In this document: positions 54,450 through 63,811 of the stretch, one piece after another
How positions within the stretch are numbered: the stretch's first letter is position 1
Layout of the letters: every line of letters starts with the position of its first letter
Assembly (NCBI GenBank): GCA_947479085.1
Contig: CANJYB010000013.1
Coordinates: forward strand, 36,632-100,631
Origin: Bacteroidota bacterium
GTDB lineage: Bacteria > Bacteroidota > Bacteroidia > 2-12-FULL-35-15
Reading direction: 5' to 3'
DNA: 64,000 bases
Made by a program: the position numbers and the translations under genes
The notes under the pieces: generated by a model
Told to the model about the DNA's origin: nothing
The model's database searches: none
The model's input: the letters and a program-made list of their open reading frames with translations, nothing else

Positions 54450-56447
54450 ATGAAAAAACAAATTACAAAAACCTACTTGCTGTTGCTTTTTTTGATAGCA
54501 AACGCATACTCTGGTTGGGCACAATCTGTTCCACAGGGTATCACTTACCAGGGATTAGCAAGGTATTCATCCGGTGCCATTATTTCCAGCCATTTAATTG
54601 GCGTTAAAATCGGAATTTATTCAACATCGGTTAATGGTCCTTTGCAATGGGAAGAAATTCATAATCCTACTACAAATTCTTTGGGTTTATTTTATTTTAT
54701 TATCGGCCAGGGAGCATCTACCGGTGCAGGAGCACAGCCTTCCTTTTCTTCCATTAATTGGAGTTCGGCACCACATTTTATTAAAATAGCAATCGATTCT
54801 TCCGGTGGTTCCAATTATACAGATATTGATAACATGCAGTTCTGGTCGGTGCCTTATGCCATGAATGCTCAATCGGCCAATTCTGTGAATCAGACAATGC
54901 GATTGAATGACCTTATAGATGCTGATACTATTGGAGTAAACACAGGCTATTTATTGAAATGGAATGGCTCACTTTGGGTACCAGCTCCTGATAACAATTC
55001 GGATACTGCACTTTATTCTTATAATTCCTATCATTCTGTTACTTCCGATTCTGCATCTTATGCTGTAAATGTTTTATCCACAGTAGATACCGTATTATTT
55101 TCATATAATTCAGATTCTTCCCAGTTTGCAACTAATTCAACTAATTCCATTTATTCTCAAAACTCCAATTATTGCGATACCGCAACCTATGCTTTAAATT
55201 GCGGAGGTTCCAATTCAGGATGGAATTTGATGGGCAATGCAGGAACCAATGCAAATACTAACTTTATAGGTACCATTGATAATGCAGATTTTGTAATAAA
55301 ATCCAATTCGGCAGAAAGGATGCGAATAACTGCAGCCGGTAGAACCGGGATTGGAACATCATTACCATTGGCATCATTACACATTGTTGGAAATGATGGT
55401 TTACTTGCCGAAGGAACCTTAGGAACAGGAGCAGCACCTCCAACAGGAGTAGGAGTAAGGCTGGTTTGGTATCCAAAGAAAGCAGCTTTCAGGGCAGGTG
55501 GTGTTGCTGCCACCGGAGCAATAACCTGTTGGGATGACTACAGGATAGGTAATTATTCGTTAGCAGGTAATTATAATACTGTTGCATCAGCCGACTATTC
55601 AACTTCTTTTGGGGCATATAGTACTGCCAGCGGAATGTATTCTTTTTGTGGTGGTTATACAAGCACTGCATCAGGAATAAGTTCGGTTGCTATTGGCAGT
55701 GTGTGTAATGCAACAGGACCCTATTCGATAGCAATGGGCAGAGGTGCTACTGCCGCGGATACAGGTTCTGTTTGTTTGGGTTATCATAGTTACGCTTATG
55801 GGAAATATGGTTTTGCATTTGGAAATTATGATACAGTATATGCAAATTCTTTTGCCTTTGGATATAAAGGAACGTCAAATCATCACACAGGTTGTTTTGT
55901 TTTTTCAGATTCTACCAATGTGCCAACAAGAAATACTAACAATAACCAATTTATGGTTAGGGCATCAGGAGGTACTATTTTATACTCTAATGCAGCTATG
56001 ACTTCCGGTGTTTCATTACCTCCGGGAGGTGGTGCCTGGGCCAGTGTTTCTGACAGGAATAAAAAGGAAAATTTCAGGACAGAAAACAAGAATGATGTTT
56101 TAAACAAACTTTCTGAAATTGAAATTACTTCGTGGAACTATAAATCACAACCTGCCAGGATACGTCACATAGGACCTATGGCCCAGGATTTATATGCAGC
56201 ATTTAAAATGGGCGAAAGCGATTCTACCATTACTACAATTGATGTGGACGGATTAAGTTTACTAGCCATACAGGCACTTGCTGATAAAACAAAAGAACTA
56301 AATCAAAAAGCAAAAGAAATAGAGCAATTAAAAAAGCAATTAAGTGAATTGGCTACTCAGAAGAAACAACTCGAAAAAAGAATTTTTTCCATTGAAACAA
56401 GGTTAAACAATGGAACATTACCAAAGTCTGAAGGAAAGAAAGAATAA
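54450..56447 (+). CDS. tail-fibre-like protein with S74 domain (paralog of 52448..54424)
   Basis: 665 aa and collinear with the neighbouring paralog. Shared segments include AQSVPQG..YQ, SVPYA, WYPKKAAFRAGG, SDRNKKENF (S534), ITSWNYKSQPARIRHIGPMAQDLY and a coiled coil. Confidence 0.7.
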   Translation: MKKQITKTYLLLLFLIANAYSGWAQSVPQGITYQGLARYSSGAIISSHLIGVKIGIYSTSVNGPLQWEEIHNPTTNSLGLFYFIIGQGASTGAGAQPSFSSINWSSAPHFIKIAIDSSGGSNYTDIDNMQFWSVPYAMNAQSANSVNQTMRLNDLIDADTIGVNTGYLLKWNGSLWVPAPDNNSDTALYSYNSYHSVTSDSASYAVNVLSTVDTVLFSYNSDSSQFATNSTNSIYSQNSNYCDTATYALNCGGSNSGWNLMGNAGTNANTNFIGTIDNADFVIKSNSAERMRITAAGRTGIGTSLPLASLHIVGNDGLLAEGTLGTGAAPPTGVGVRLVWYPKKAAFRAGGVAATGAITCWDDYRIGNYSLAGNYNTVASADYSTSFGAYSTASGMYSFCGGYTSTASGISSVAIGSVCNATGPYSIAMGRGATAADTGSVCLGYHSYAYGKYGFAFGNYDTVYANSFAFGYKGTSNHHTGCFVFSDSTNVPTRNTNNNQFMVRASGGTILYSNAAMTSGVSLPPGGGAWASVSDRNKKENFRTENKNDVLNKLSEIEITSWNYKSQPARIRHIGPMAQDLYAAFKMGESDSTITTIDVDGLSLLAIQALADKTKELNQKAKEIEQLKKQLSELATQKKQLEKRIFSIETRLNNGTLPKSEGKKE

Positions 56448-56471
56448 ACTATTTAAAGTATAGAATTATTA

Positions 56472-57683
56472 ATGAAAAAGGTACTTTATTTGTTTACCGC
56501 AGAATACCCCTATGGAAGAACCGAAAGTTTTCTTGAAAATGAAATTCCTGTATTGGAAAAAAAATTTGAAACAATATTTATTTTTCCACATTCATCACAA
56601 AAGATTGAGAAAAGAACAATTCCTGAAAATGCTTACACCACCAAAGCAATAAACAAAAGGGAGGATTTAAATACCAAGAAGGTTTTTAGTAATAATTTTT
56701 TTTTTATTTGTTCCGTTCTCTTTTCAGAATTCATTCATTGTCCACGACCTGTTAATTTCCTGAAAAACATAAGGCAATATAACGCCTTATTAATCAGGGG
56801 AATTTATGATGCAGATAAAATAACAGTTGAAGCAAAGCATTTGCAAAAAGATGTTATTTATTATTCTTATTGGCTTAATGATTGGGCATTGGCACTTGCC
56901 GTATTAAAAAAGAAGAAGCTAATTGAGGGTTTTGTTTTTCGTTGTGCAGGGTTCGATATTTATGATGAAAGGCATCAGAGCGGTTTTTTACCATTCAGGC
57001 ATTTTGTTTATAAATGCGCTACTGCCATTTATCCCAATTCGATGGATGGAGTAAATTACATTAAAGCTAAAAAATGCTTTCCTGAAAAGGTTAAAATCCA
57101 ATATTGGGGAACAGGTGATTATGGTTTAAATCCTTTTAATTCTTCCGGAAAATTCACAATAGTTTCCTGTTCAAACATTATTCCCTTAAAAAGAGTAGAA
57201 TTAATTATCGAGATTCTTAAAAATATTACCTTTGAGGCTGATTGGGTGCATTTTGGTGATGGACCTTGTATGAAAGAAATGAAGGAAAGAGCATCCGATT
57301 TACCTGCAAATATTAATTTTGCATTTATGGGCAGGCTGCCAAACAAAGAGATTATTGAATTTTACAAAACCAATTCTGTAAATTTGTTTATTACAACAAG
57401 CGAAACAGAGAGTTTACCGGTTTCTGTTCAGGAGGCAATAAGTTTTGGGATTCCGTTGATAGCAACCAATGTTGGTGGCATGGCTGAAATTGTAAATGAA
57501 AAAACCGGTTTTTTAATTAACAAAGCTGTTAATGTGGAACAGGTGGCTAACCTGATTTCTCAATTTAAGTATGGGGCAGGTAACACTCCTGAATTCCGAA
57601 TAGGGGTAAGGAAATTTTGGATGAATAATTTTGAAGCGATAAAAAACTATTCTCTTTTTTATGAAGAAATAATTAAAACATAA
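56472..57683 (+). CDS. GT4-family (GT-B) glycosyltransferase
   Basis: E-x7-E region: TTSETESLPVSVQEAISFGIPLIATNVGGMAEIV. Confidence 0.7.
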   Translation: MKKVLYLFTAEYPYGRTESFLENEIPVLEKKFETIFIFPHSSQKIEKRTIPENAYTTKAINKREDLNTKKVFSNNFFFICSVLFSEFIHCPRPVNFLKNIRQYNALLIRGIYDADKITVEAKHLQKDVIYYSYWLNDWALALAVLKKKKLIEGFVFRCAGFDIYDERHQSGFLPFRHFVYKCATAIYPNSMDGVNYIKAKKCFPEKVKIQYWGTGDYGLNPFNSSGKFTIVSCSNIIPLKRVELIIEILKNITFEADWVHFGDGPCMKEMKERASDLPANINFAFMGRLPNKEIIEFYKTNSVNLFITTSETESLPVSVQEAISFGIPLIATNVGGMAEIVNEKTGFLINKAVNVEQVANLISQFKYGAGNTPEFRIGVRKFWMNNFEAIKNYSLFYEEIIKT

Positions 57684-57691
57684 AAAGTACC

Positions 57692-59152
57692 ATGTTATTT
57701 AATTCTTTTAGTTTTTTAGTTTTCTTTCCGCTCGTTACTCTTCTTTATTTTATATCTCCGTACAAATATCGTTGGCATATATTACTGGTAGCCAGCTGTA
57801 TATTCTATATGGCGTTTATTCCCTATTATATTTTAATTTTAGGTGGTACTATTGTCATTGATTTTTTTGCCGGAATTTTTATTGAAAATGCTACTGAACA
57901 AAATCAAAAAAAACAATTTCTTGTTATAACCCTAGTTGGCAATATTGGAGTGTTGGCTGTTTTTAAATACTATAATTTTTTTATTGATAATATTAGTGAA
58001 GTCATTGCTTACTTCGGATTTTCTTCTCCTCTTCGCTATCTTAGTATTATACTTCCAATAGGATTGTCTTTTCATACCTTTCAGGCAATGAGCTATGCTA
58101 TAGAAGTATATAGAGGAGGGCAACCCGCTGAAAGAAACTTCATTAAATATTCGCTTTATGTTATGTTTTTCCCTCAACTGGTGGCAGGGCCAATTGAGCG
58201 TCCTCAAAGTTTATTGCCTCAGTTCAGCTTGAATTATGATGTTAACTATGAAAGAATAGTTGCCGGATTAAAGCAAATGCTTTGGGGGTTCTTTAAAAAG
58301 ATTGTAATTGCTGATAGGTTGGCAGCTTTGGTAAAACAAGGTTACGGGGACATAGAAAACCATGATGGGTTTTCGTTGCTGATTTTTACTTACTTGTTTT
58401 CCTTTCAGATTTATTGCGATTTTTCGGGTTATTCCGATATAGCTATTGGCGCAGCTAAAGTATTGGGAATTAATTTACGCGAGAATTTCAGAACTCCATA
58501 TTTTTCAAAATCTATTAAGGAATTCTGGCAACGATGGCACATGTCATTATCAACATGGTTCAGGGATTACTTATATATCCCACTCGGGGGCAAAAAAGTG
58601 GGAAGAGGGCGTTGGTTTTTTAATTTATCCATTGTGTTTTTAATCAGTGGACTTTGGCACGGAGCAAACTGGACATTTATCGTTTGGGGCGCATTACATT
58701 GTTCTTATTTAATATTCGGTTATTTTTTAAAAAGAAATTTTGGGTGGGTTTTTATTTCGGTAGAGAAGCAAAGGAATACCCTGCAATATTATCTGCTTTC
58801 TGGAGCAAAAATTTTTATCACTTTTAACCTGGTGGCTTTTGCATGGATATTTTTTAGGGCAACAAGTATGGATGAAGCGTTTTCAATTATAGTAAAGATA
58901 TTTACTTTAGAAGATTTTGATAAGTTCAGCAACTTAAGCCTTTTTAAAATAAGTGATATAGCAAGTGTATTTGTAATGCTGGGCTTGTTAGGTTTATTTC
59001 TTGCTTCAGATTCATTTATGGATAAATTACTTAAGCAACAAAAGATAATTAAAAGCAAATTTTTGAATTATGCTTTATTTGCTTGTGTATTGGCTTTCAT
59101 ATTGCTTTTCGGACATTTTTCAGATACTAACTTTATTTATTTTCAGTTTTAA
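57692..59152 (+). CDS. MBOAT-family membrane O-acyltransferase (AlgI/DltB-like)
   Basis: ISFHTFQAMSYAIEVY, FPQLVAGPIERP, FWQRWHMSLSTWFRDYLYIPLGG and the conserved His in GLWHGANW. Confidence 0.85.
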   Translation: MLFNSFSFLVFFPLVTLLYFISPYKYRWHILLVASCIFYMAFIPYYILILGGTIVIDFFAGIFIENATEQNQKKQFLVITLVGNIGVLAVFKYYNFFIDNISEVIAYFGFSSPLRYLSIILPIGLSFHTFQAMSYAIEVYRGGQPAERNFIKYSLYVMFFPQLVAGPIERPQSLLPQFSLNYDVNYERIVAGLKQMLWGFFKKIVIADRLAALVKQGYGDIENHDGFSLLIFTYLFSFQIYCDFSGYSDIAIGAAKVLGINLRENFRTPYFSKSIKEFWQRWHMSLSTWFRDYLYIPLGGKKVGRGRWFFNLSIVFLISGLWHGANWTFIVWGALHCSYLIFGYFLKRNFGWVFISVEKQRNTLQYYLLSGAKIFITFNLVAFAWIFFRATSMDEAFSIIVKIFTLEDFDKFSNLSLFKISDIASVFVMLGLLGLFLASDSFMDKLLKQQKIIKSKFLNYALFACVLAFILLFGHFSDTNFIYFQF

Positions 59153-60121
59153 ATGGAAATCAAAAAAATAATATATAACGGGTTAGTATTTTTATTATTG
59201 TTCTCATTAATATACTTTCCTTCCCTGGTTTTAGTTTGCAAACTGAATTTTAAAAAGAAGCCTTTAATATATAGAACATCTGATATATACACTCTAAAAG
59301 GAGGGAACAGCTATCAGAAATTCAAGGAATTTAATAAGGAAAAGAAATATGATATTATCGTAATAGGTTCTTCCCATGCCTACAGAGGATACGATCCCCG
59401 AAATTTCAAAAAAGCAGGAATAAGTGTTTTTAATCTTGGAACTAGTGCTCAAACACCTCTAAATTCTTATATAATTGCAAAAAATTATGTCACTGCCTCA
59501 AATTGTAAACTAGTTATTTTGGACGTTTACGATGGAGCTTTTCATAATAATGGTTTCGAATCTTCCTCTGACTTAATTCAAAACCTTTCGTCTAATAAAG
59601 CAGCTTTTGAAATGGCCACAACTTATAATAACCCTCAGGTTATTAATATGTATGCATTGAGGTTGATTAATCAGAATAGTCCTGTTATTTATACCGATAG
59701 CCTTTATGTTGGAAATGGTTTTAGTGAAAAAAGGGACACCCTGAAGTATTCTCTTCCTTTTGATGAGTATGAAAACAGGTATCTTCCTAATGAATTGCAA
59801 ATTGACTACTTGGAAAAATTATTAAGCTATTTTAATTCAAATAATATTCCTGTAATTATGGTTACAGTGCCTTTTCCAAAAGAAAAAATAAAAGAACAAC
59901 ATAAAATATATAGTAAAATATTTAATGATCTTGCTTTAAAACATCATGTAAGGTACTTAGATTATTCATTTAATACTAATTTTAATTCGCAAACTCATTT
60001 TTATGATTCTCACCACTTAAATCAAACAGGGGTTGATTTGTTTAATAGTATTTTATTACAGGATTTTAAAAAGATGAAAATTCTTGAAGAAGAAGGTATT
60101 AAGTTTAATATTAAAAATTAA
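59153..60121 (+). CDS. SGNH/DUF1574-like partner of the MBOAT acyltransferase (AlgJ/X- or DltD-like role inferred)
   Basis: N-terminal TM anchor, block I-like VIGSSHA and block V-like YDSHHLN (D-x-x-H). It begins 1 nt after the MBOAT stop. Confidence 0.5.
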   Translation: MEIKKIIYNGLVFLLLFSLIYFPSLVLVCKLNFKKKPLIYRTSDIYTLKGGNSYQKFKEFNKEKKYDIIVIGSSHAYRGYDPRNFKKAGISVFNLGTSAQTPLNSYIIAKNYVTASNCKLVILDVYDGAFHNNGFESSSDLIQNLSSNKAAFEMATTYNNPQVINMYALRLINQNSPVIYTDSLYVGNGFSEKRDTLKYSLPFDEYENRYLPNELQIDYLEKLLSYFNSNNIPVIMVTVPFPKEKIKEQHKIYSKIFNDLALKHHVRYLDYSFNTNFNSQTHFYDSHHLNQTGVDLFNSILLQDFKKMKILEEEGIKFNIKN

Positions 60122-60154
60122 TTAATTCGTTACCAAACTATAAAAATTGGATCG

Positions 60155-61690
60155 TTGAAGTCTTACATTTATCTTGTCATTCTTATATTATTAGCTGTTT
60201 TTGTCAGGTTATTCGCAGTTTTTGAATTGAAACAGAACTTTTCAAATGATGAAAGTGTAACTTATTTAAGCGCTACCGGTAATCAGGTGCGATATGCAGA
60301 ATTGGTAAAACCGGATTCTAATTATATTGACCACCTTACGGTAACGAATATTTGGAAAAATTGTTATCAGCCTAATCCGAAATTTTGTTTTGGAAAGATT
60401 GCTAATGATTTGACTCAATATGATATCCACCCTCCATTATATTTTTGGCTGATACATGTTTTTATTCTGATATTTGGTTTGCACCTTTATACAGGTCTAA
60501 TTCTTAACCTTCTTATAACAATCTTTACTTTATGGGCTTTGTTCAGATTATCATATTTTATTTTGAATAATCAACTCCATGCCATAATGGTTTGTACATT
60601 TTGGTTTTTAAGTCCGGCTGTAGTACAGATGGATCTGGAAGCACGCCACTACCAGTTGCTTGCTTTGTTTACTATACTTTTAACTTATTCTTCTTTATTA
60701 ATTATAAAAAAGGAGGAATTGAGTAAAAAGAATATTTTATCTGTTGTTCTGTTGTCTGCTTTAGGAATGCTTACCCATTATTACTTTATGTTTATAATGA
60801 TTGGTGTTTTTATTCTGTTCTTTTGGAGATTTAAATTCTCCATTGTTCTTGCTAAAATTGTTGCTGCTTTTGTTGGTGGTTTTTGTCTTTTTCTTTTAAT
60901 ATTTCCTCAATTTATTGATTTTATTAAAAACTACTTATTGTTTAAGAAAGGGGTACATCATGTAAACGAGTATCAATCATTTACAGATAAAATAAAAACA
61001 CAGTTATTTGCAAGCCTTGATTTTGGGGCCTACGGTCATTTATTAAAGTACATTTATCTGGTGTTGCTCATAGTCTTTATTATTATAGTGGTAAGCAAAT
61101 TGATTAATAATAAAAAATTGAAGTCTTTTTCTTTTTCTAATCCCATACTTGCTATTTTGTTGCTTTTCTTATGGAATGTGTTTTTTACAGTAATGCTTTA
61201 CTTATGTAACATAAGTCCCAATCAGGCTGTAGGGGAGCAGTACTATTCTTATATCTGGCCATTCATTGCTATTCTTTTAGTTTATGCAATAAGATATATC
61301 AAGGTTTCAGTATATATTACTCTTTTTTATTTAACTGTTCTGTTTGTTTTCTTTATCCAATCTGTAAAGAATAGTCCATATGTAAAACGTGAAATTCTGG
61401 GAGAATGGTACACTGAGGCTAATAAAGCAGATTTGCTGGTTATTGATACTTACGACAGATGTTTGTTACCTCGGACGCTTTATTTTATTGGTAATGATAA
61501 AAAGGTTTTTGTTGGTGACATTAAAAAAATGAAGGAAGATTCAACTTTCAAAAAGGTGGTTGTTTTTTATTTAATTAACGATAAAAAGACTGTTGATCAT
61601 CAGCCATTAAGTGGTTATGAATTAATTAAGAAAGAAAAGTATCTGAAATCCGAAAACCATCCTTATTTTATGGAGTCTTATAAAAAATAA
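60155..61690 (+). CDS. GT-C (PMT_2/ArnT-like) membrane glycosyltransferase
   Basis: 511 aa, polytopic. It has an N-terminal-loop NDES.TY and an IHPPLYFWLIH motif. The start codon is TTG. Confidence 0.5.
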   Translation: MKSYIYLVILILLAVFVRLFAVFELKQNFSNDESVTYLSATGNQVRYAELVKPDSNYIDHLTVTNIWKNCYQPNPKFCFGKIANDLTQYDIHPPLYFWLIHVFILIFGLHLYTGLILNLLITIFTLWALFRLSYFILNNQLHAIMVCTFWFLSPAVVQMDLEARHYQLLALFTILLTYSSLLIIKKEELSKKNILSVVLLSALGMLTHYYFMFIMIGVFILFFWRFKFSIVLAKIVAAFVGGFCLFLLIFPQFIDFIKNYLLFKKGVHHVNEYQSFTDKIKTQLFASLDFGAYGHLLKYIYLVLLIVFIIIVVSKLINNKKLKSFSFSNPILAILLLFLWNVFFTVMLYLCNISPNQAVGEQYYSYIWPFIAILLVYAIRYIKVSVYITLFYLTVLFVFFIQSVKNSPYVKREILGEWYTEANKADLLVIDTYDRCLLPRTLYFIGNDKKVFVGDIKKMKEDSTFKKVVVFYLINDKKTVDHQPLSGYELIKKEKYLKSENHPYFMESYKK

Positions 61691-61783
61691 ATTATCAACT
61701 GATCTGTCATGATAATTTAGTTTATTTCCCTTGTTTCCAATTCAAAAATAATTGTACTTTTAATCGGTTTTGAAAATAATAGT

Positions 61784-62701
61784 TTGAGTAAAATGAATAT
61801 TTGGGTTTCGGTAATAATTCCCTGTTATAATGCAGAAAGCTATATAGGTGAATGCATCGAGTCAGTTTTAAGTCAATCTTATAAGAATATTGAAATAATA
61901 TGTGTGGAAAATAACTCTTCAGATAATACGCTCTCTGTATTAACTACCTACCTGACTAAGTTTCCGGAAAAATTAGTTCTGTTAAAGGAAACAAAACCAG
62001 GAGCTTCAGTAGCAAGAAATACAGGACTATCCGTTGCCAAAGGAGAATGGATTCAATTCCTTGATGCGGACGATATTTTACTTCCGGAAAAAATTATGAC
62101 TCAGCTTAAACTGGCAGTTGAATCGGATGCTGATATGGTTGTTGGTAATTATTCAAGAACAGAAAACAGTATTACAGAAAAGATTGTTCAGATAAAGGAT
62201 AGTTGGGAAGGGTTAATTAAAGGCCGTTTAGGATTTACAAGTTCGAATTTGTGGAAAAGAACAACTTTAACGAAAGTTGGGGGATGGGATGATATAAAAA
62301 GCAGCCAGGAGGCTTACCTGATGTTTAAAATTTTAAAGGAAAAGGGCAAGATAATTTTTGATGAAGAGTTTAATACTATAAAAATGGAAAGAACCAGGAA
62401 CTCTATTTCAAAAACAAATGTGAAGGATAATATAACCAGGTATATTGAGTTAAGAATTGCTGTTTGGAACTTCCTCGATTCTTCAAAACAGATGACAGGA
62501 CATATACAGAATGTCTTAAAAATAAACATTTTTGATAGTATCCGTATTTTGTATTCTGAGAATAAAGACGCTGGAATTTCTTTACATAATCAATATGTGA
62601 AGAATAAATTCATTCCTGTTTCTTCTTCCTCCACATCCGGAATATATTTGTTTTTATATAAATTATTAGGGTTTAAATTAGTTCAGAAACTTAGAGGTTA
62701 G
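61784..62701 (+). CDS. GT2-family glycosyltransferase
   Basis: VSVIIPCYNAESYI, VENNSSDNT and FLDADD. The ATG at 61793 is an alternative to the TTG at 61784. Confidence 0.8.
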   Translation: MSKMNIWVSVIIPCYNAESYIGECIESVLSQSYKNIEIICVENNSSDNTLSVLTTYLTKFPEKLVLLKETKPGASVARNTGLSVAKGEWIQFLDADDILLPEKIMTQLKLAVESDADMVVGNYSRTENSITEKIVQIKDSWEGLIKGRLGFTSSNLWKRTTLTKVGGWDDIKSSQEAYLMFKILKEKGKIIFDEEFNTIKMERTRNSISKTNVKDNITRYIELRIAVWNFLDSSKQMTGHIQNVLKINIFDSIRILYSENKDAGISLHNQYVKNKFIPVSSSSTSGIYLFLYKLLGFKLVQKLRG

Positions 62702-62707
62702 GTATTA

Positions 62708-63811
62708 ATGAAGAAAAAAATATTAATTGTTATAGGAACAAGACCTAATTTTATAAAGGTAACCCAATTCAAAAAGGAGGCATTGAAATATACTTCCCTT
62801 GATTTAAAGATTGTTCATACAGGTCAACATTACAGCAGTAAAATGGCTGATGTTTTTTTTGAACAGTTTGATTTGGTACCTGATTTCTTCCTCAATATAA
62901 CCCAGGATTCTGCCATACATCAAATGGCACAAATAATGACAAAACTGGAAGAACTTATCCTTACTTCTTATTCCCCGAATTTAATAATTGTGGTGGGGGA
63001 TGTAAACTCCACTTTAAGTGCAGCATTAGTAGCTAATAAATTGAATATTAAACTAGCCCATCTTGAAAGTGGTTTGCGTAGTTTTGATAGATTAATGCCT
63101 GAAGAACATAATCGTGTTCTTACAGATGTGATAACAGATTTTTATTTTGTTACTGAACAAAGCGGTATTGATAATCTGTTGAAGGAAGGACAGAATAAAG
63201 ATTCTGTTTATTTTGTTGGAAATACAATGATTGATACCCTGGTTAATTTTAGAACCAAAATCGAATCATCTTTGATATTAAAAGAACTGTCTTTATCCCC
63301 AAATGATTATGTACTAATGACGATGCATCGACCTGCAACAGTTGATGAGACTTCAGGCTTATTAAAGTTAACTGAACTGATTGAAGAAATTACAAAACAT
63401 CATAAAGTTGTATTTCCTGTTCATCCAAGGACATTAAAAAATCTTGAAAAATCAGGATTACTGGAAAGATTTGAGACGAATAAAAATATTATTTCAATAG
63501 AACCATTGGATTATTTTGCTTTTCAGCAGTTAATCTTGAACTGTAAATTTATATTAACCGATAGTGGAGGAATACAGGAAGAATCAACCTTCCTAGGTGT
63601 TCCTTGTTTAACCTTACGCCCCAACACTGAAAGACCAATTACCTGTTCTATTGGAACCAATACTTTAATTCCCTTTGATTTGGAAATCATAAAAGAACAA
63701 ATGAGTTTAATTGAAAAGAATCAATACAAAAAAGGCGAAATTCCTGAATTATGGGATGGAAAGTCTACTGAACGTATTGTAAATATCATCTCACAGGTCT
63801 TGAATGCATGA
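62708..63811 (+). CDS. wecB: UDP-N-acetylglucosamine 2-epimerase (non-hydrolysing)
   Basis: IGTRPNFIK, VGDVNSTL, HLESGLRSFD, PEEHNR, DSGGIQEE and RPNTERP. Confidence 0.9.
   Translation: MKKKILIVIGTRPNFIKVTQFKKEALKYTSLDLKIVHTGQHYSSKMADVFFEQFDLVPDFFLNITQDSAIHQMAQIMTKLEELILTSYSPNLIIVVGDVNSTLSAALVANKLNIKLAHLESGLRSFDRLMPEEHNRVLTDVITDFYFVTEQSGIDNLLKEGQNKDSVYFVGNTMIDTLVNFRTKIESSLILKELSLSPNDYVLMTMHRPATVDETSGLLKLTELIEEITKHHKVVFPVHPRTLKNLEKSGLLERFETNKNIISIEPLDYFAFQQLILNCKFILTDSGGIQEESTFLGVPCLTLRPNTERPITCSIGTNTLIPFDLEIIKEQMSLIEKNQYKKGEIPELWDGKSTERIVNIISQVLNA

Noticed and set aside
52448-56447. Prophage remnant explaining the tail-fibre-like genes
   Set aside because: No capsid, portal, terminase, baseplate, tape-measure, lysis or integrase genes lie nearby. 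Both proteins have Sec signal peptides and sit in a host envelope-glycan context.
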